Sequence record: OZ470806.1 | DNA: 49,949 bases | Source: a phage | Strand: one strand, 5' to 3' | Part shown: positions 28,884 to 38,361 of the stretch, piece after piece | Numbering within the stretch: the stretch's first letter is position 1 | How the letters are laid out: every line of letters starts with the position of its first letter | Made by a program: the position numbers and the translations under genes | The notes under the pieces: model-generated | Told to the model about the DNA's origin: nothing | Databases searched by the model: none | Seen by the model: only the letters and a program-made list of their open reading frames with translations

Positions 28884-29357
28884 TTAGCAATTAGTGCTTT
28901 CAGGTTTATACAGGAATCCGCCAGGCTCATAATCTGACATTCTTACCACTCGCAACATTTCACGCTTATCACATCTCTTTGTGAGCGGTTTGCCATTGGA
29001 ATCAAATCGCAGGTCTGGACGACAGAATGATGCGCGATAGCCTTGACATCCATACTTTTTGTAATCGTTATGCACCTTTTGAGCGCCAGCGGCTGAAATC
29101 ATACCGCGAACACGCCACTGATTTACGGTTTGCTGGCTAACGTTAAGACGTTTTGCCATTGCTGATACACTTCCGTAATACTCAATAAGGATGTCAAGGC
29201 GTGCTTTTAGCCCGGCGCGCACTTCATCTTTTAGTACATAGTATCCTGTAGGGCGCTTGCGCTTTTTCTTATCCTTACCTCGTCGAGTTCCGTTATTGCC
29301 ATTGATTGTGCGTTTGTCAATCTTGCCTGTTGATACCGCGATTCGCTGTTCTTTCAT
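28884..29357 (-). CDS. HTH DNA-binding protein (putative regulator)
   Basis: 157 aa; basic KDKKKRKR tract; helix-turn-helix-like MAKRLNVSQQTVNQW. Confidence 0.5.
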   Translation of the reverse strand: MKEQRIAVSTGKIDKRTINGNNGTRRGKDKKKRKRPTGYYVLKDEVRAGLKARLDILIEYYGSVSAMAKRLNVSQQTVNQWRVRGMISAAGAQKVHNDYKKYGCQGYRASFCRPDLRFDSNGKPLTKRCDKREMLRVVRMSDYEPGGFLYKPESTNC

Positions 29358-29370
29358 TATTCATTCTCCA

Positions 29371-29414
29371 ATAGCATTTTTTGTTAAACGATGATTTAAT
29401 GATTGTGTATTATA
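29371..29414 (+). promoter_or_regulatory. promoter with conserved 20-bp element (helicase)
   Basis: ATAGCATTTTTTGTTAAAC + 19-nt spacer + ATTATA. Confidence 0.45.
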
Positions 29415-29446
29415 CACGCCAAATGGCATTACTCAAAGGTTTTAGA

Positions 29447-31486
29447 ATGATTCCAAACATTGAAAAGCAAATATCAGCACTTGGTGAAGCGGTAATTAAA
29501 TCTATTCAGGAGCGATTCACTGTTGGCGATATTGTACCTTACCCTTACCAGTGCGTTGCATACGCTGAGATCGCAAAGCGTATGAAAAATTATGAGCATC
29601 CATTCTTTGTTAAAGCGTCCGTATCGGCTGGCAAAACATTGATGTTTGCAATGGTTGCTCACCAGTGCCGGAAAATGGGCTTGAAAATGATGGTCCTTGC
29701 TCGCCAGGCTGAGATTGTGGATCAGGATTCCGAAGAGATAACAAATCTTGGCGTGCCGAACTCCATCTATTGTGCAGGACTGAAAACAAAAAGCGCATAC
29801 TTTCCGATCGTTGTTGGTTCTGAGGGCACTGTAGTTAATGGACTGTTTAAAGCGCTTGGCGACTATGTTCCGCACGTTATCGGGATTGATGAATGTCACC
29901 AGGTGGATTGGGAAGACCTTGCAGACGCAATAGAGAAAGATGAATCTTTTTTACAAATGACGACGAAGAAAGGAGAAAAAGTACCAAATCCAGATTATGA
30001 CGTAGCGAGCGATAACGAATGCGAAGAGTTCCTGATTGGTGATGATGGCTTGCCAATGGAGGGAACAGGCCGCACACAATACACTGTCATTATTATGGAA
30101 ATGATGCGCCGTTGCCGAAAAGCATATGGCCATGAACTGCGCATATTTGGTATGACTGGATCTGAGTTTCGCGGTGTAGTCCCAATACTGGTAGAAGATA
30201 AAAAGCAGAAAGGATTCTGGCGCGAACAGGTTACTAATATTGACACCAACTACCTTATCAAGTTTGGATCTGTTGTTCCGACTAATTTTGGCGACGTTGG
30301 CGATCTCGGGTATGACCTTTCAGAGTTTGAGGCATCAAGTGAGGATGGCGTTGCAGACTTTGACGCTAAAACGCTTCGCAGGATGGAACAAAAAATTCAT
30401 GAAGAAGCGACCATGACAAAGCGCATCATGGCGAAAGTTCACGAGATCTGTAAAAACCGTAACGGCGTACTTGTGACATGTGCAGGAGAAAGGCATTGCA
30501 AAGAGGCCGCGGCAGCATTGCCACCTGGAACTACTTACAGGATCATTACTGGCAAGACTGGCGACAACCAGCGCAAGGAGTGGTTGAAAGAAGCATACGA
30601 GGGGAAGGTTAAATACATCTTCCAGGTGCAGGCGCTAACTACTGGCGTTAACGTGCCGTTTTGGGATACGTCTGTTATTCTGCGTAAGATTGGATCTCTT
30701 ACGTTGCTGATTCAGCTTTTAGGGCGCGGAATGCGACTTCTTAAGAAATGGCACAAGGAACAAGGCTTCAAGAAAGATGATCACCTGGTTATGGATTTTT
30801 CAGGAACGATGGACGAGTTAGGTGAGCTTTATTTTGATCCGATACTGGAACAGGCGCAACATCAGAAGCGATTCAGGAACGGTAAAGATCCGAAGCCTTG
30901 TCCTGTTTGCGGAACTCTTAACAGCTATTATGCTCGTCGTTGTATGCACGTAGACGAAAACGGCAACAGATGCGAGTGGTTCTTTAAATTCAGGACATGT
31001 GATGATCAGATTGACCCGCGCACTAAAAAGATTATTCAGCGCGGCTGTGGAACTAAAAATGATATTGCGGCCAGGGTATGCAGACATTGCGACATGTCAT
31101 TGATTGACCCTAACGAGAAGTTAAGCGGAAAGCACTACACAAAAAACGACTGGTTCCAGGTGCAATCTTTCTCGGTTGACATGACGAAAAACCAGAAAGG
31201 GATAATATTTAATTATGAGCTTTCCGATGGCATAGACACTTTCAGGGCGAGAGAGATATTTTTCCCTGAATCTGATAGCCAAATTTGCCGCGCAAAATGG
31301 CGAAGCGTTGCTCTTAAGCACATACCGGATCGCCGTGTTGCTGGCATGGTGGCGAGCTATCGTAATGCACGAAAAATAATGCAATATGTGAATCACATCA
31401 TGCCACCATCGCGTGTGACTCACCGCAAGACTAGCAAGGGAGAAGATAATTTGTACAAGAAGGAATTTAATTATGGCAATGACTGA
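29447..31486 (+). CDS. SF2 DNA helicase
   Basis: Walker A SVSAGKT, DECH box; C-terminal Cys4 zinc-ribbon motifs; start taken at ATG 29447 downstream of predicted promoter (ORF track opens at 29381). Confidence 0.8.
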   Translation: MIPNIEKQISALGEAVIKSIQERFTVGDIVPYPYQCVAYAEIAKRMKNYEHPFFVKASVSAGKTLMFAMVAHQCRKMGLKMMVLARQAEIVDQDSEEITNLGVPNSIYCAGLKTKSAYFPIVVGSEGTVVNGLFKALGDYVPHVIGIDECHQVDWEDLADAIEKDESFLQMTTKKGEKVPNPDYDVASDNECEEFLIGDDGLPMEGTGRTQYTVIIMEMMRRCRKAYGHELRIFGMTGSEFRGVVPILVEDKKQKGFWREQVTNIDTNYLIKFGSVVPTNFGDVGDLGYDLSEFEASSEDGVADFDAKTLRRMEQKIHEEATMTKRIMAKVHEICKNRNGVLVTCAGERHCKEAAAALPPGTTYRIITGKTGDNQRKEWLKEAYEGKVKYIFQVQALTTGVNVPFWDTSVILRKIGSLTLLIQLLGRGMRLLKKWHKEQGFKKDDHLVMDFSGTMDELGELYFDPILEQAQHQKRFRNGKDPKPCPVCGTLNSYYARRCMHVDENGNRCEWFFKFRTCDDQIDPRTKKIIQRGCGTKNDIAARVCRHCDMSLIDPNEKLSGKHYTKNDWFQVQSFSVDMTKNQKGIIFNYELSDGIDTFRAREIFFPESDSQICRAKWRSVALKHIPDRRVAGMVASYRNARKIMQYVNHIMPPSRVTHRKTSKGEDNLYKKEFNYGND

Positions 31487-31892
31487 TAAAGGCGATTATC
31501 TGGAGTTTTACGAAAGAGATCCGACGGATACGCTAAAGGAGGAATCACACCAGATCGGGGCGTTTCAATGGTTAACTTATGCTCATCCTGAATTTCTTGC
31601 CTGGCATACTAAAAATGAGGGCGACAAGGGGATCGCCACTGCAATGATGGATCAGCAAGCCGGACTAGTTAAGGGCGTAAGTGATTTCATCATCCTGATT
31701 GGATTAAAAGGCCGCTATCCGTTTGCAGCAATTGAGATGAAGCGCGTCAATAAGTCAGGCAAGGGTAAGGCTTCACCAGTCAGCAAGGAGCAAAAAGCCT
31801 TCTTGCGCCGTGTGCGTGAGCTTGGCGGATTCGCTGCCGTAACATACGGATATAAGCAATTCATGATCGCGGTAGAATACATGATGAAATAG
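31473..31892 (+). CDS. VRR-NUC-type PD-(D/E)xK nuclease
   Basis: 139 aa; GVSDFIILI...AIEMKR motif. Confidence 0.6.
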   Translation: MAMTDKGDYLEFYERDPTDTLKEESHQIGAFQWLTYAHPEFLAWHTKNEGDKGIATAMMDQQAGLVKGVSDFIILIGLKGRYPFAAIEMKRVNKSGKGKASPVSKEQKAFLRRVRELGGFAAVTYGYKQFMIAVEYMMK

Positions 31893-31933
31893 CACTTTTT
31901 GTTAAAACAGGCGCGAAGGATTGCGCCATAATA
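31889..31933 (+). promoter_or_regulatory. promoter with conserved 20-bp element
   Basis: ATAGCACTTTTTGTTAAAAC (stop TAG of upstream gene embedded) + 19-nt GC dyad spacer + CATAAT. Confidence 0.45.
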
Positions 31934-31966
31934 ACACCAGTTCAACAAACAACAGGTAATTAAGAA

Positions 31967-32053
31967 ATGAGCAAAGAAACCGAAGTGACATTTGAACAAA
32001 TAGAACGCGAAACATTCATTGGCAATGCTCTTGCTACTGGTGGTCATTACTAG
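31967..32053 (+). CDS. possible small ORF (28 aa)
   Basis: ATG-initiated ORF between promoter and dam; weak RBS. Confidence 0.2.
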   Translation: MSKETEVTFEQIERETFIGNALATGGHY

Positions 32054-32080
32054 GCTGTTAAACCAAATCAATATTTCAAA

Positions 32081-32668
32081 GTGACTGGCAACCGCTATAA
32101 CGGAAGCAATACGCCGGACGTTGTGCGCGATTTGTGGTCTACGCCGTCTGAGCTTGTAGAATGGATGGAAAGCGAATACGGTGATTATGACATTGACGCG
32201 GCGGCAAGCAAAGAAAATGCTGTATGTGAAAAATTCTACAGCAAGGAAACAAATTGTTTAAAGCGTTGGTGGGGTAGTAATAAGCATATATGGCTGAATC
32301 CACCGTATAGCAATATTACGCCATTTGTTAAGAAGGCGATTGAGCAAATGGAGCACAACAACCAGATCGACATTCTGTTACCTTGCGACACATCAACAGG
32401 ATGGTTTTATGAAGCGCAGCAGCGCGCAGCGGAAATAATCTGGATCACTGGCGAAGTTTACCAGGAGGATGGAACAGAATATTCCCGCACCGGACGCCTT
32501 GCGTTTACTTCCGCGCTAACAGGTAAACCAGTGCAGGGAAACAACAAAGGCAGCGTTATTTTCATCATGCGCGAACTGAAAGAAGGTGAGCAGCAGAAAA
32601 CGCGATACGTTAAAATCAGCGACATTTGCCCTTCGGTGGCAGACCGTCGCGCACGGAAACGGAGCTAA
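32081..32668 (+). CDS. dam: DNA N6-adenine methyltransferase (Dam-like)
   Basis: DLWSTP and NPPY motifs; GTG start. Confidence 0.75.
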   Translation: MTGNRYNGSNTPDVVRDLWSTPSELVEWMESEYGDYDIDAAASKENAVCEKFYSKETNCLKRWWGSNKHIWLNPPYSNITPFVKKAIEQMEHNNQIDILLPCDTSTGWFYEAQQRAAEIIWITGEVYQEDGTEYSRTGRLAFTSALTGKPVQGNNKGSVIFIMRELKEGEQQKTRYVKISDICPSVADRRARKRS

Positions 32669-32672
32669 AACC

Positions 32673-32930
32673 ATGCAAAAAGAAAGAAGCGTTTATTTAA
32701 ATGAAACTGGAGAATGGTTGTTATTTCGCGCTATGGTATGCGATGCACTTGATAAAAACCCTAACGTGAAAAAGATGATTGATTGCGATCCGTGGGAATT
32801 TTCAAGCGCATTAGATATGAGCTTTGAGGAGACAAAAAAACTCCCGCTTGAAAAATGGAACGAGCAAATCAGAAATGACATGCAAGAATTTGTCGATTCG
32901 TGGAATTTTCAGCACGGAATGATCCACTAA
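32673..32930 (+). CDS. hypothetical protein
   Basis: ATG 32673 after RBS GGAG, coupled to dam stop. Confidence 0.45.
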   Translation: MQKERSVYLNETGEWLLFRAMVCDALDKNPNVKKMIDCDPWEFSSALDMSFEETKKLPLEKWNEQIRNDMQEFVDSWNFQHGMIH

Positions 32931-32973
32931 CAGCACTTTTTGTTAAAACGCCCGGCCTTGTGTCGGGCATAAT
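32930..32973 (+). promoter_or_regulatory. promoter with conserved 20-bp element
   Basis: ACAGCACTTTTTGTTAAAAC + dyad GCCCGG/CGGGC spacer + CATAAT. Confidence 0.45.
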
Positions 32974-33005
32974 TATTTCATCAAAACGAACAAGAGGAAA
33001 ACAAA

Positions 33006-33185
33006 ATGGTTGTTTACGATCCACGCGCTTTTAAAATTGCTCAAGAAGTTTCACGCGAATCTGTTGCTGGCGGTTCGGTTAACGGCTATCAGTTTGATTG
33101 GTCGGCAGCAATGACCCTGCTTAAGGTTGCATATGGTCACGCGCCAATTGAAACAGCGGAGGAATATTATAAGCATGAAGGTTGA
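33006..33185 (+). CDS. small hypothetical protein (59 aa)
   Basis: ATG with RBS GAGGAAAACAAA directly downstream of predicted promoter; below ORF-track size cutoff. Confidence 0.4.
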   Translation: MVVYDPRAFKIAQEVSRESVAGGSVNGYQFDWSAAMTLLKVAYGHAPIETAEEYYKHEG

Positions 33186-33417
33186 ACAAGGTAGGCAGGC
33201 TGTATGGGATCACGCAAAGGAATGCGGGATCGCAGAAGACATAGCCAGGATAGCGAAATATTTTGATATTGCTGACATAAGCATTATCAGCGGCGACAAA
33301 ATGACATTTCTCAATGAACGACCGCGCAAGATGCATCGCGTACCAGCAATACCAACAAAGATTGATTTCAAAGAGGCTATGGCGAAAATTCGCGAGCCGC
33401 GCAAATACTACAAATGA
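33175..33417 (+). CDS. hypothetical protein
   Basis: ATG 33175 after RBS GGAGGAA; overlaps stop of upstream small ORF. Confidence 0.45.
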   Translation: MKVEQGRQAVWDHAKECGIAEDIARIAKYFDIADISIISGDKMTFLNERPRKMHRVPAIPTKIDFKEAMAKIREPRKYYK

Positions 33418-33512
33418 GGATTATTATCATGTGGCGTTTGTTACTTTTGCCCTTACCTGTTATGATGGCGATCTCTATTGTATACGTTGTCATAATGAGA
33501 TAAGGAGAATTT

Positions 33513-34631
33513 TTGATGAAGCAAATCAAAATCACAGATGAACAATTTATCAATGAGCGCAAGCAGGGAAAGACATATAAGCAGATCGCTAATGAGTATG
33601 GCATGAACGTTCGCAGCATTGAGCGCCGCGCGGCACGATTAGCAAAGCAAGGTAAAGTTACAACCATCGGATCACCTGGTTTTGGTGTTACTGGAGAATC
33701 AAAGCTAATTGATAAAGATGGCAATGTGGTTATGACATGGATTAAGACAAGTAAGGACCGCGAACAGTTAGAAGCATTAATGCAGGCCGCTATGGATGCA
33801 TTTAGCGAAGAAGTTCCTCGACTTGATCCACAGCCAGAATCACAAAAGGATTATAGCGAGACGCTATCACTGTATCCGATCTTTGACATGCACTTGGGCG
33901 CAATGGCGCATAAGCATGAATGCGGCGAGAACTGGGATACAGCAACAGCAGAGCGCGTAATGAATAATTTCATTGATTATTCCATCCAGTGCGCGCCGGA
34001 TAGCGAAAAGGCTGTTTTGCTGATTGGTGGTGACATGCTGCATAGTGACGGCCTGGAAGCGGTGACACCTGCAAGCGGTCACGTATTGGATCAAGATAGT
34101 CGATACGCAAAACTTGTTTATGTTGCCATCCGGTCAGTGCGTAGAGCAATTACAAAGCTGTTATCAAAACACAAAAACGTCGAGATTCAGATCATTGAAG
34201 GCAACCACGACCAAAGCGGTATGATCTGGTTGCGCGCAGCAATGGCGGCAGCATATGAGAATGAGCCACGAGTGCATGTTGATGTATCTCCGCGAGTAGT
34301 TCATCACACACAATATGGCAAAACATTCCTGGCATACCATCACGGGCATACTATCCGCAAACCTGAAACATTGCTCATGATGTGCGCGGCAGACTGGCGC
34401 GAAGACTTCGGCAATTCAAAAATGATGTATGCTCACGTAGGGCATTGGCATCATCAAACAGTAACCGAAACAAGCCTGGGAATTGTTGAAGTGCATAGCA
34501 CTATGGCGGCAAAAGATGCATATGCGGCGCGCGGTGGATGGCGATCTCGTCGCCGTGCGGCTGTTATTGTTTATGATAAAGAATACGGAGAAGTAGGGCG
34601 ATTTATGCATTATCCAGAAATGGCTGGTTGA
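33513..34631 (+). CDS. HTH-domain / metallophosphoesterase fusion protein
   Basis: N-terminal HTH-like YKQIANEYGMNVRSIERRAARL; GDMLH, GNHD, GHWHH calcineurin-like phosphoesterase motifs. Confidence 0.6.
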   Translation: MMKQIKITDEQFINERKQGKTYKQIANEYGMNVRSIERRAARLAKQGKVTTIGSPGFGVTGESKLIDKDGNVVMTWIKTSKDREQLEALMQAAMDAFSEEVPRLDPQPESQKDYSETLSLYPIFDMHLGAMAHKHECGENWDTATAERVMNNFIDYSIQCAPDSEKAVLLIGGDMLHSDGLEAVTPASGHVLDQDSRYAKLVYVAIRSVRRAITKLLSKHKNVEIQIIEGNHDQSGMIWLRAAMAAAYENEPRVHVDVSPRVVHHTQYGKTFLAYHHGHTIRKPETLLMMCAADWREDFGNSKMMYAHVGHWHHQTVTETSLGIVEVHSTMAAKDAYAARGGWRSRRRAAVIVYDKEYGEVGRFMHYPEMAG

Positions 34632-34674
34632 ACTTTTAATCATTAAAATATAAATATAAATCATAAATTTAATT

Positions 34675-34705
34675 GGGCGTGGCATTTTGCTTCGCCCTTT
34701 TTTTA
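34675..34705 (+). terminator. rho-independent terminator
   Basis: GGGCG...CGCCC stem followed by T7. Confidence 0.5.
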
Positions 34706-34710
34706 TTCCT

Positions 34711-34739
34711 TTTTGTGCGTTCAATGGTTAGGATACAAT
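34711..34739 (+). promoter_or_regulatory. candidate promoter of lysis cassette
   Basis: TTTTGT/TTGTGC -35-like, TACAAT -10-like at 34734. Confidence 0.3.
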
Positions 34740-34777
34740 CAATTAATTGTTGACTTTTATCTACAGGAGATCTAATC

Positions 34778-34993
34778 ATGAAAGATTTTTTAAACGCTGC
34801 AACTTCCGGCACTGGCGGCGCGTCAATCACTGGCGCGGTAACTGGTCAAACAACTATTGCAATGGCCAGCTTCGTTTTGATGGCTGCATTTGGTATGTGG
34901 GGCGCTTATCTTCGCTGGCGTGATAGTAAGGCGCTACGTGACGCGCTTGAATGCGGTGATATTAAGAAAGCTATTGAGATCAGAGGTAAATAA
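34778..34993 (+). CDS. holin (putative)
   Basis: 71 aa; hydrophobic segments; charged C-terminus; immediately upstream of endolysin with ATGA coupling. Confidence 0.55.
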   Translation: MKDFLNAATSGTGGASITGAVTGQTTIAMASFVLMAAFGMWGAYLRWRDSKALRDALECGDIKKAIEIRGK

Positions 34994-35565
34994 TGAGTAT
35001 AAAACAAAGAGTGACCGCTGCGGCTTTTGGCGTTGCTCTTGCCCTTACTTCTCCGCTACTGGAGGAAATAGAAGGAGTAAAACATAAGCCGTACAAAGAT
35101 ATTGCTGGGATATGGACGGTTTGCGCCGGAATAACTGGACCTGACGTAATACCAGGCAAAACGTACACACAGAGAGAGTGCGATGCGCTACTGGCAAAGC
35201 ATATCAAGATCGCAAAGGATGAAGTTGATAAACGTGTGAAGGTTGAGATTCCTGATACAATGCGCGCAGCGATGTATTCATTCACATACAATGCTGGCAC
35301 TGGTGCTTTTAGAAATTCAACCATGCTTAAGCTGATTAATAACGGTCGTTATATGGAAGCGTGCAATCAGTTATGGCGATGGACAAAATACACCAATCCA
35401 AAAACAGGAAAGAAAAAACGTCTAAAGGACTGCGCAACCGCCGCGCGGTGGAATTTAAATATTGCATTAAGGATCTGTAATCATGAGAAAGTTATCAGCA
35501 ATCGCGATCGCTGTTATTTTGTCTGGATGTTCAAGCGTTACGCCACTGACCGGATTAATCGGTAG
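34993..35565 (+). CDS. endolysin, T4-lysozyme family with SAR-like N-terminus
   Basis: E-x8-D-x5-T ([16 protein letters not shown]); N-terminal Gly/Ala-rich weakly hydrophobic segment [17 protein letters not shown]. Confidence 0.75.
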   Translation: MSIKQRVTAAAFGVALALTSPLLEEIEGVKHKPYKDIAGIWTVCAGITGPDVIPGKTYTQRECDALLAKHIKIAKDEVDKRVKVEIPDTMRAAMYSFTYNAGTGAFRNSTMLKLINNGRYMEACNQLWRWTKYTNPKTGKKKRLKDCATAARWNLNIALRICNHEKVISNRDRCYFVWMFKRYATDRINR

Positions 35566-35881
35566 TAAGCCGGAAATCACAGCACAGGCAGGGGCGGAGA
35601 ACGTAAAGCAGACCGTTGGCGTTACCGCAAAGCAGGACACCAGCACGAAACAGGAAACTACAATAAAGGAATCTGCGGTTGATAAGGTGGACACTTCCAG
35701 CAAGAAGGATTTCACTACGTCAACCATTCAGGCAAACACCATCAAGGCTGATAAAATCCAGATTGTGCAGGGTGAGCAAAGGAAGTGGTACGATCCTATA
35801 ATCTATTGCGCTGCAATTTTCAGTGGTCTTTTGACTATGCTTTACTTTTCCTACCGCAAAGATAACAAAAAGGAGGCTTAA
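35483..35881 (+). CDS. unimolecular spanin (u-spanin) candidate
   Basis: 132 aa; lipobox LSGC at N-terminus and single C-terminal TM segment; overlaps endolysin 3' end. Confidence 0.6.
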   Translation: MRKLSAIAIAVILSGCSSVTPLTGLIGSKPEITAQAGAENVKQTVGVTAKQDTSTKQETTIKESAVDKVDTSSKKDFTTSTIQANTIKADKIQIVQGEQRKWYDPIIYCAAIFSGLLTMLYFSYRKDNKKEA

Positions 35882-35895
35882 CGCCTCCTTTGTTT

Positions 35896-36114
35896 TTATG
35901 CATCGGGCCATTCGTGGGAATGGTTTGTTAATTGTTGGTTTTCTTGAAACTCAATATCGTAATGACCAGCCATCACGCGCATTGCCATGTTTTCAACATA
36001 TTCTACAGCTTGCTCACGAGTCCATGAGTCGGCTGGGAACTTTGTAGGAATTTCAGTAGTAGTTCCGTTTTCATGCTTGACAACCAGCGCCACGGTGAAA
36101 AATTTGTTGCTCAT
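35896..36114 (-). CDS. hypothetical protein
   Basis: 72 aa; RBS AAGGAA; own promoter copy upstream. Confidence 0.45.
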   Translation of the reverse strand: MSNKFFTVALVVKHENGTTTEIPTKFPADSWTREQAVEYVENMAMRVMAGHYDIEFQENQQLTNHSHEWPDA

Positions 36115-36150
36115 GGTAACTTCCTTTTGTTGTTTCGTTTCGATGAAACA

Positions 36151-36194
36151 AATATACCCGATACGAGATCGGGAGTTTTAACAAAAAGTGCTAT
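36151..36194 (-). promoter_or_regulatory. promoter with conserved 20-bp element (minus strand)
   Basis: minus-strand ATAGCACTTTTTGTTAAAAC + dyad CCCGAT/ATCGGG spacer + TATATT. Confidence 0.45.
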
Positions 36195-36385
36195 TCAATA
36201 CGCTTTACAGTAACCAACAAAACGCCGTCCTCATCACACAAATTATGCTCTGATATATCAAACGCTCGCATGTCAGAATGAATGAGCGTTAACATTGCGT
36301 GCATGAAGTCGTCATGTGAGATTGAACTTACGGCGCAGAACTTCAATATTTTGTCTATTAGCATTTGACGTAAACAATTCTTCAT
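36191..36385 (-). CDS. hypothetical protein
   Basis: 64 aa; RBS GGAGAAA before ATG 36385; stop embedded in conserved element; overlaps 3' end of upstream gene. Confidence 0.3.
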   Translation of the reverse strand: MKNCLRQMLIDKILKFCAVSSISHDDFMHAMLTLIHSDMRAFDISEHNLCDEDGVLLVTVKRIE

Positions 36386-36704
36386 CGCTCATTTCTCCGA
36401 TCCTTAAAACATCCCTTACCCATTCGTTTTGCATACCTTCAAGGCTGTAAAGTTCAAACGAGAAAGGGCGATTTGCTGATCCTTTCTTACACCAGAACTT
36501 TCCACCAACTCCATCAAGATAACCAGCGGTCATCATTCTTGCGCAAAACTCTTTTGAAACGGCGGTTGCAAACATTCTCGGCGTAAATCCTGCGGCCCTT
36601 GCGAGCCGCTCACATTCTCTATGCTGAAATATAAATTTCGCTATATGTTGACGTGTAAACCATTCGAATGACTCACACCAGCGATACAGATCCAGAAGAA
36701 ACAT
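36312..36704 (-). CDS. hypothetical protein
   Basis: 130 aa, coupled to upstream P-loop gene. Confidence 0.45.
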   Translation of the reverse strand: MFLLDLYRWCESFEWFTRQHIAKFIFQHRECERLARAAGFTPRMFATAVSKEFCARMMTAGYLDGVGGKFWCKKGSANRPFSFELYSLEGMQNEWVRDVLRIGEMSDEELFTSNANRQNIEVLRRKFNLT

Positions 36705-36706
36705 AA

Positions 36707-38290
36707 TTACCCCAGCAATGTTGGATTTACGAAAACAACGCCATTAATCACACAAATATAATTTCTTTCTTCAAGCATCGGCAGCAGTTGCGTTTCCATA
36801 CGCTTCATTACGCCAGCCTGGCCAACAAAAGGCTTAACTTTTCGTGCAGCCTCATATATGGCGCGCACATTCAAGATTCCCTTATTAGCCTTGCCGTGTC
36901 GAGTGATGATCTCGATTAGTTTACCCATTTCAGCATCATCACCAGCATAGCCAGAGGCGTTGGCGGCGCTAATGTATGTTTTGCTCAACTCGCTAAACAT
37001 CAGCAGTGCTTCCTGAACGGTTTCAACTTCAATCTCTTTCGACTTCTGAGGGTATCCACCAGGATTAAACCAGTTGCGGATAGTGTGCAAAACTGAAGCA
37101 ATCCTGATCACCTGCTTATCCATTTTGCCAAGCGCGCCGCGCAGCATTGTATGCGAATACTTTCCTCCATCGGCAAGGTGCGGTTCCATCTCCTGACGAG
37201 CCATGTTAAGCACTCGCATTGCTGATTTGCTGATCTTAAGCTGGATGTTTGATTCACTCATGATGTTATGGATCAGCTTAAAATATTGGCTTTTCAGTTC
37301 TCCATCAACAGGTTCATAAGTAGAATCACCGTTATCATCAACAAACTTTCTACGGCCTAAAAATGATTCCTCACGCACAAGCAAATAACGCTCACTTACA
37401 CCGATACCGCGCGATCCTGCATCCATGATGGCATTGATTGTTTCATCCTGGGCAATTACCGCCATACAGCCAAGAGCTTTAAAACTCATATTGTTGTCAG
37501 CGTTTGCACGAGCTATAGAAACATGACCATGATCCCATGCTTTCAGCACAAGTTCGCTGTTGGTTTTACGTTCGCTATTGGCATATGTCAGACCTAAAAG
37601 GCTGTTAATACTAGTTGCCTCGTCTGAAATCACAGCAAAGTTACCCTGGCGATTGTTGATTCTTGCAAGTCCTTCCGGCGTGGTGTCGGACACAGGGAAA
37701 ACGATGTCACACATCTTTTCCAGTTTTTCTTCCAGATCTTCTTTCTCCTGGTACAGAGATTCCATATCAGCGCCGGAGCGCTCGCTTTTCATCTCTTTTG
37801 CAAGACCTGCCAACTTTGCCTGAATCTTTTTTCTTTCCTTCTTTCGCTGATCGTTAATTCTTTCCACTTCTGCAACCATTGGAGCAAGTGCCAGGCTGTT
37901 AACGGCAGATTTACCAGTTGAAGGAGGCTGGCTTGTGACAACATAAAGAGCTGTCGGCTGATCCGTTCCGTGATACTCAACCGTGAAGCGTCCAAGCATT
38001 GCAGCAGACACGCAGCCTATAAAATGCATATAGGCCGATGATTCAGGGAATTGAACAGAGCGAGCAATGTTGCGCGCCAACTTGCCAACAACATCAACAT
38101 CATTGCCAAGAGAAATTACAGGGTAGCGATCGTTTCCGTTATTAACATCATTAACCTCACCCCAAAAGCTAGACGATTGACGGTATCCGTTTGCCTGAAT
38201 GGACACGCGCACAGGAGACAATCCTTGTGCATCAGCTAATTCGATAATTTGTTTTGGTGTTAGTTTATTGGTTTCAAACGAAAAATTCAT
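36707..38290 (-). CDS. large P-loop protein of unknown function
   Basis: ATG 38290 (MNFSFET) after RBS AAAGGAG; Walker A-like PPSTGKS; charged coiled-coil segment. Confidence 0.5.
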   Translation of the reverse strand: MNFSFETNKLTPKQIIELADAQGLSPVRVSIQANGYRQSSSFWGEVNDVNNGNDRYPVISLGNDVDVVGKLARNIARSVQFPESSAYMHFIGCVSAAMLGRFTVEYHGTDQPTALYVVTSQPPSTGKSAVNSLALAPMVAEVERINDQRKKERKKIQAKLAGLAKEMKSERSGADMESLYQEKEDLEEKLEKMCDIVFPVSDTTPEGLARINNRQGNFAVISDEATSINSLLGLTYANSERKTNSELVLKAWDHGHVSIARANADNNMSFKALGCMAVIAQDETINAIMDAGSRGIGVSERYLLVREESFLGRRKFVDDNGDSTYEPVDGELKSQYFKLIHNIMSESNIQLKISKSAMRVLNMARQEMEPHLADGGKYSHTMLRGALGKMDKQVIRIASVLHTIRNWFNPGGYPQKSKEIEVETVQEALLMFSELSKTYISAANASGYAGDDAEMGKLIEIITRHGKANKGILNVRAIYEAARKVKPFVGQAGVMKRMETQLLPMLEERNYICVINGVVFVNPTLLG

Positions 38291-38317
38291 TGGTGATAAC
38301 TCCTTTTTGATGCGGCA

Positions 38318-38361
38318 ATAATACCGCACCAATGCTACCCGCATTTAACAAAAAATGCTAT
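38318..38361 (-). promoter_or_regulatory. promoter with conserved element variant (minus strand)
   Basis: minus-strand ATAGCATTTTTTGTTAAAT + spacer + TATTAT inside dyad GCGG/CCGC. Confidence 0.4.

Noticed and set aside
34749-34777. TTGACT -35-like hexamer with TAATCA 17 nt downstream before the holin gene
   Set aside because: The putative -10 overlaps the RBS and start codon of the holin gene, leaving no leader; the upstream TTTTGT...TACAAT pair is a more plausible promoter
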